From the NCBI GenBank assembly GCA_963705205.1, contig CAVPJG010000008.1, forward strand, positions 72-64,071: DNA of 64,000 nucleotides. Reading direction: 5' to 3'. Below the pieces are notes generated by a model, which saw only the letters and a list, made by a program, of their open reading frames with translations, did no database searches and was not told the origin of the DNA. Position numbers and translations under genes: made by a program. Positions 62,841-64,000 of this stretch are shown here, piece by piece. Source of the DNA: an uncultured Thermoleophilia bacterium. Its GTDB lineage: Bacteria > Actinomycetota > Thermoleophilia > UBA2241. Position 1 is the stretch's first letter, and each line of letters opens with the position of its first letter.

Positions 62841-64000
62841 GTGATGTCGTTGTCCTCCCCCACCGATCTCGAACTCGTCCGCGGCCTGCACGCGCGTGAC
62901 CCGAAGGCGCTCGCGCGCGTGTACGGCGACTTCAACGCGGCGGTGTACAACCTGTGCGCCCGCATCCTCGGAGACCGCGAGGAGGCCATGGACGTGACCC
63001 AGGACGTGTTTCTCAAGGCGTTCAGCAAGCCTCCGGCGGCGACCGAGGACGTGCGCCTGCGGGCGTGGCTGTTCAGAGTCGCCACCAATGCCTGCTTCAA
63101 CCTGGTGCGCGCGCGGCGGCAGTCTGAGCCGATCGTGGAGGAGGCGCTGTCGGCGACAGGTGATCCCTACGATCAGGCACGTACGGCGGCGCTCATCGAG
63201 ACCAGCCTCTCGGGTCTGAACGAGCGTTACCGCGCCGTGCTCGTCCTCAAGGATGTGCACGGGCTGGACGGCCGCGAGCTCGCCGAGGTGCTCGAGGTCT
63301 CGCGCCCCGCGGCCGACGTGCTCGTCCACCGCGCGCGCGCCTCGTTCCGGCGCGTCTTCGCCGGCCTCGCCGGTGACGACGCGGTGGCGCCGGCGAGCCT
63401 CGCTCTTGCGCTCCCCATGCTGCCCGTGCCTGCCGCTCTGCAGGCGCTGCCGCTGCCCGTCCTGCACCCGCCCGCGCCCTCTCCGGGAGCTGTCCCCGCG
63501 ACCCCTACGGGACCCGTCCTGGCCGCGACCGGCGCGGGGACGGCCGTGGCGTCCGGTGCGGGCCCGGCTGCCGGTCTCCTCACCAAGATCGGCGCGGCCC
63601 TCGGGACCAAGGCGGCTGTGGTCGCCGCGGGCGCGGCCGTGGTGGCCGGCGGCGGGGTCGCCACCGTCAAGCTGGCGGGCGCGGACAGGGCAGTGCCGCC
63701 GGCCCACGCCGGCGCCTCACCGGGCGTGGTGCACCACGGTTCGGCCGGCGGTGCCGGCGGCGGGCACGTGCGGGACGAGGCCTGGGCCAGGCACCGGCAC
63801 GGCATCGCCGCCGGCCTCGCCGCGCACCACGCCACCGAGACCGCGCGCCACGGCGGCGGCGCCCATGAGCCCGGCGACGGCGAGAGGGATCACCCAGGCG
63901 ACGCCGCGGCGACGCACAACGCCGTCACGCACGACTCCACGACCGCGCCGGAGGCGTCGTCCGCCACCACCTCGACCACTGACGGCACGCACGATGACGG
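62841..64000 (+). CDS. ECF (sigma-70 group 4) sigma factor fused to Pro/Ala linker, TM segment and His-rich tail; 3' end outside window
   Basis: My own translation; not in the ORF track because there is no stop before 64000. (V)MSLSSPTDLELVRGLHARDPKALARVYGDF...DVTQDVFLKAF...RAWLFRVATNACFNLVRARR (region 2), RYRAVLVLKDVHGLDGRELAEVLEVSRPAADVLVHRARASFRR (region 4). Then PVPAALQALPLPVLHPPAPSPGAVPATPTGP, hydrophobic AAVVAAGAAVVAGGGVATV, then VVHHGSAGGAGGGHVRDEAWARHRHG...AAHHATETARHGGGAHEPGDGERDHPGD...THNAVTHDS...DGTHDD. Confidence 0.7.
   Translation, partial: MMSLSSPTDLELVRGLHARDPKALARVYGDFNAAVYNLCARILGDREEAMDVTQDVFLKAFSKPPAATEDVRLRAWLFRVATNACFNLVRARRQSEPIVEEALSATGDPYDQARTAALIETSLSGLNERYRAVLVLKDVHGLDGRELAEVLEVSRPAADVLVHRARASFRRVFAGLAGDDAVAPASLALALPMLPVPAALQALPLPVLHPPAPSPGAVPATPTGPVLAATGAGTAVASGAGPAAGLLTKIGAALGTKAAVVAAGAAVVAGGGVATVKLAGADRAVPPAHAGASPGVVHHGSAGGAGGGHVRDEAWARHRHGIAAGLAAHHATETARHGGGAHEPGDGERDHPGDAAATHNAVTHDSTTAPEASSATTSTTDGTHDD

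Noticed and set aside
62244-62841. Shared GGGT(T)GAGAC-n6-AAGG motif upstream of both the His-rich protein gene (about 62244-62265) and the ECF sigma gene (about 62822-62841), as a possible ECF-dependent promoter
   Set aside because: There are only two instances. The second abuts the sigma start codon, leaving no room for a -10 and leader. It does not resemble the GGAAC/CGTC-type ECF promoters I know.
1-64000. Search for tRNA, rRNA, tmRNA, RNase P and SRP genes and for CRISPR arrays
   Set aside because: I saw no T-arm-like GGTTCGAATCC outside coding sequence (the one similar string, near 18411, lies inside the response-regulator gene). There are no rRNA-like conserved blocks and no spaced repeat arrays.

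Overview
This is a very GC-rich (by eye about 70% or more) Actinomycetota-like chromosomal segment. It is densely coding on both strands, and I saw no rRNA, tRNA or CRISPR array. All calls come from reading the supplied translations and the DNA by hand. Family names are recognised from memory and nothing was searched; starts and frameshift positions are approximate.

Gene content, left to right:
1. 1-10.4 kb: a glycoconjugate/polysaccharide locus. Four adjacent genes (348-4996) carry many frame disruptions. The following GT4, PIG-L deacetylase, ATP-grasp, GT4 and Wzz-like genes are intact.
2. 10.5-16.8 kb: a translationally coupled ureohydrolase + C-N hydrolase pair, a REC/degenerate-GGDEF/EAL regulator, a TrpB2-type gene preceded by a short Trp-codon ORF and hairpin, and a HAD hydrolase.
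3. 16.8-24.9 kb: an OmpR/histidine-kinase pair whose sensor loop has a Met/Gly-rich insert, an M28 peptidase-membrane fusion, a YtxH-anchored polyacidic repeat protein, rarA, and an HNH endonuclease.
4. 25-31.2 kb: an orphan family-5 solute-binding protein with a C-terminal anchor, rmlA-C-D-B, and a GNAT gene.
5. 31.3-35.5 kb: a cell-wall remodelling cluster (L,D-transpeptidase, SLH-NlpC/P60, SpoIID).
6. 35.6-50.2 kb: a phosphate island with phoU, a second PhoU-like gene, pstSCAB and phoP-phoR. It also holds pyk, several Cys4 micro-proteins, an IS481-like element, and two paralogous YHS-domain + GNAT gene pairs that bracket pstSCAB.
7. 50.3-59.8 kb: a FAD oxidoreductase, a HAD hydrolase, an isolated membrane-anchored multiheme cytochrome c, a USP, mntH, a large membrane protein, a Cys/Met PLP enzyme and a VOC protein.
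8. 59.8-64 kb: a sigma70-like promoter plus palindromic operator, feoA-feoB, a Cys8 micro-ORF, a secreted His-rich repeat protein, and an ECF sigma factor fused to a TM segment and a His-rich tail. The sigma ORF runs off the window and is absent from the supplied ORF track.

Most worth a second look:
- The feo / His-rich protein / ECF-fusion module.
- The duplicated YHS-GNAT modules.
- A shared 11-bp-phased CTAAC direct-repeat motif upstream of pstS, phoU and phoP.
- The GT4 / PIG-L / ATP-grasp / GNAT enzyme logic.
- The orphan multiheme cytochrome.
- The localised frameshift cluster.
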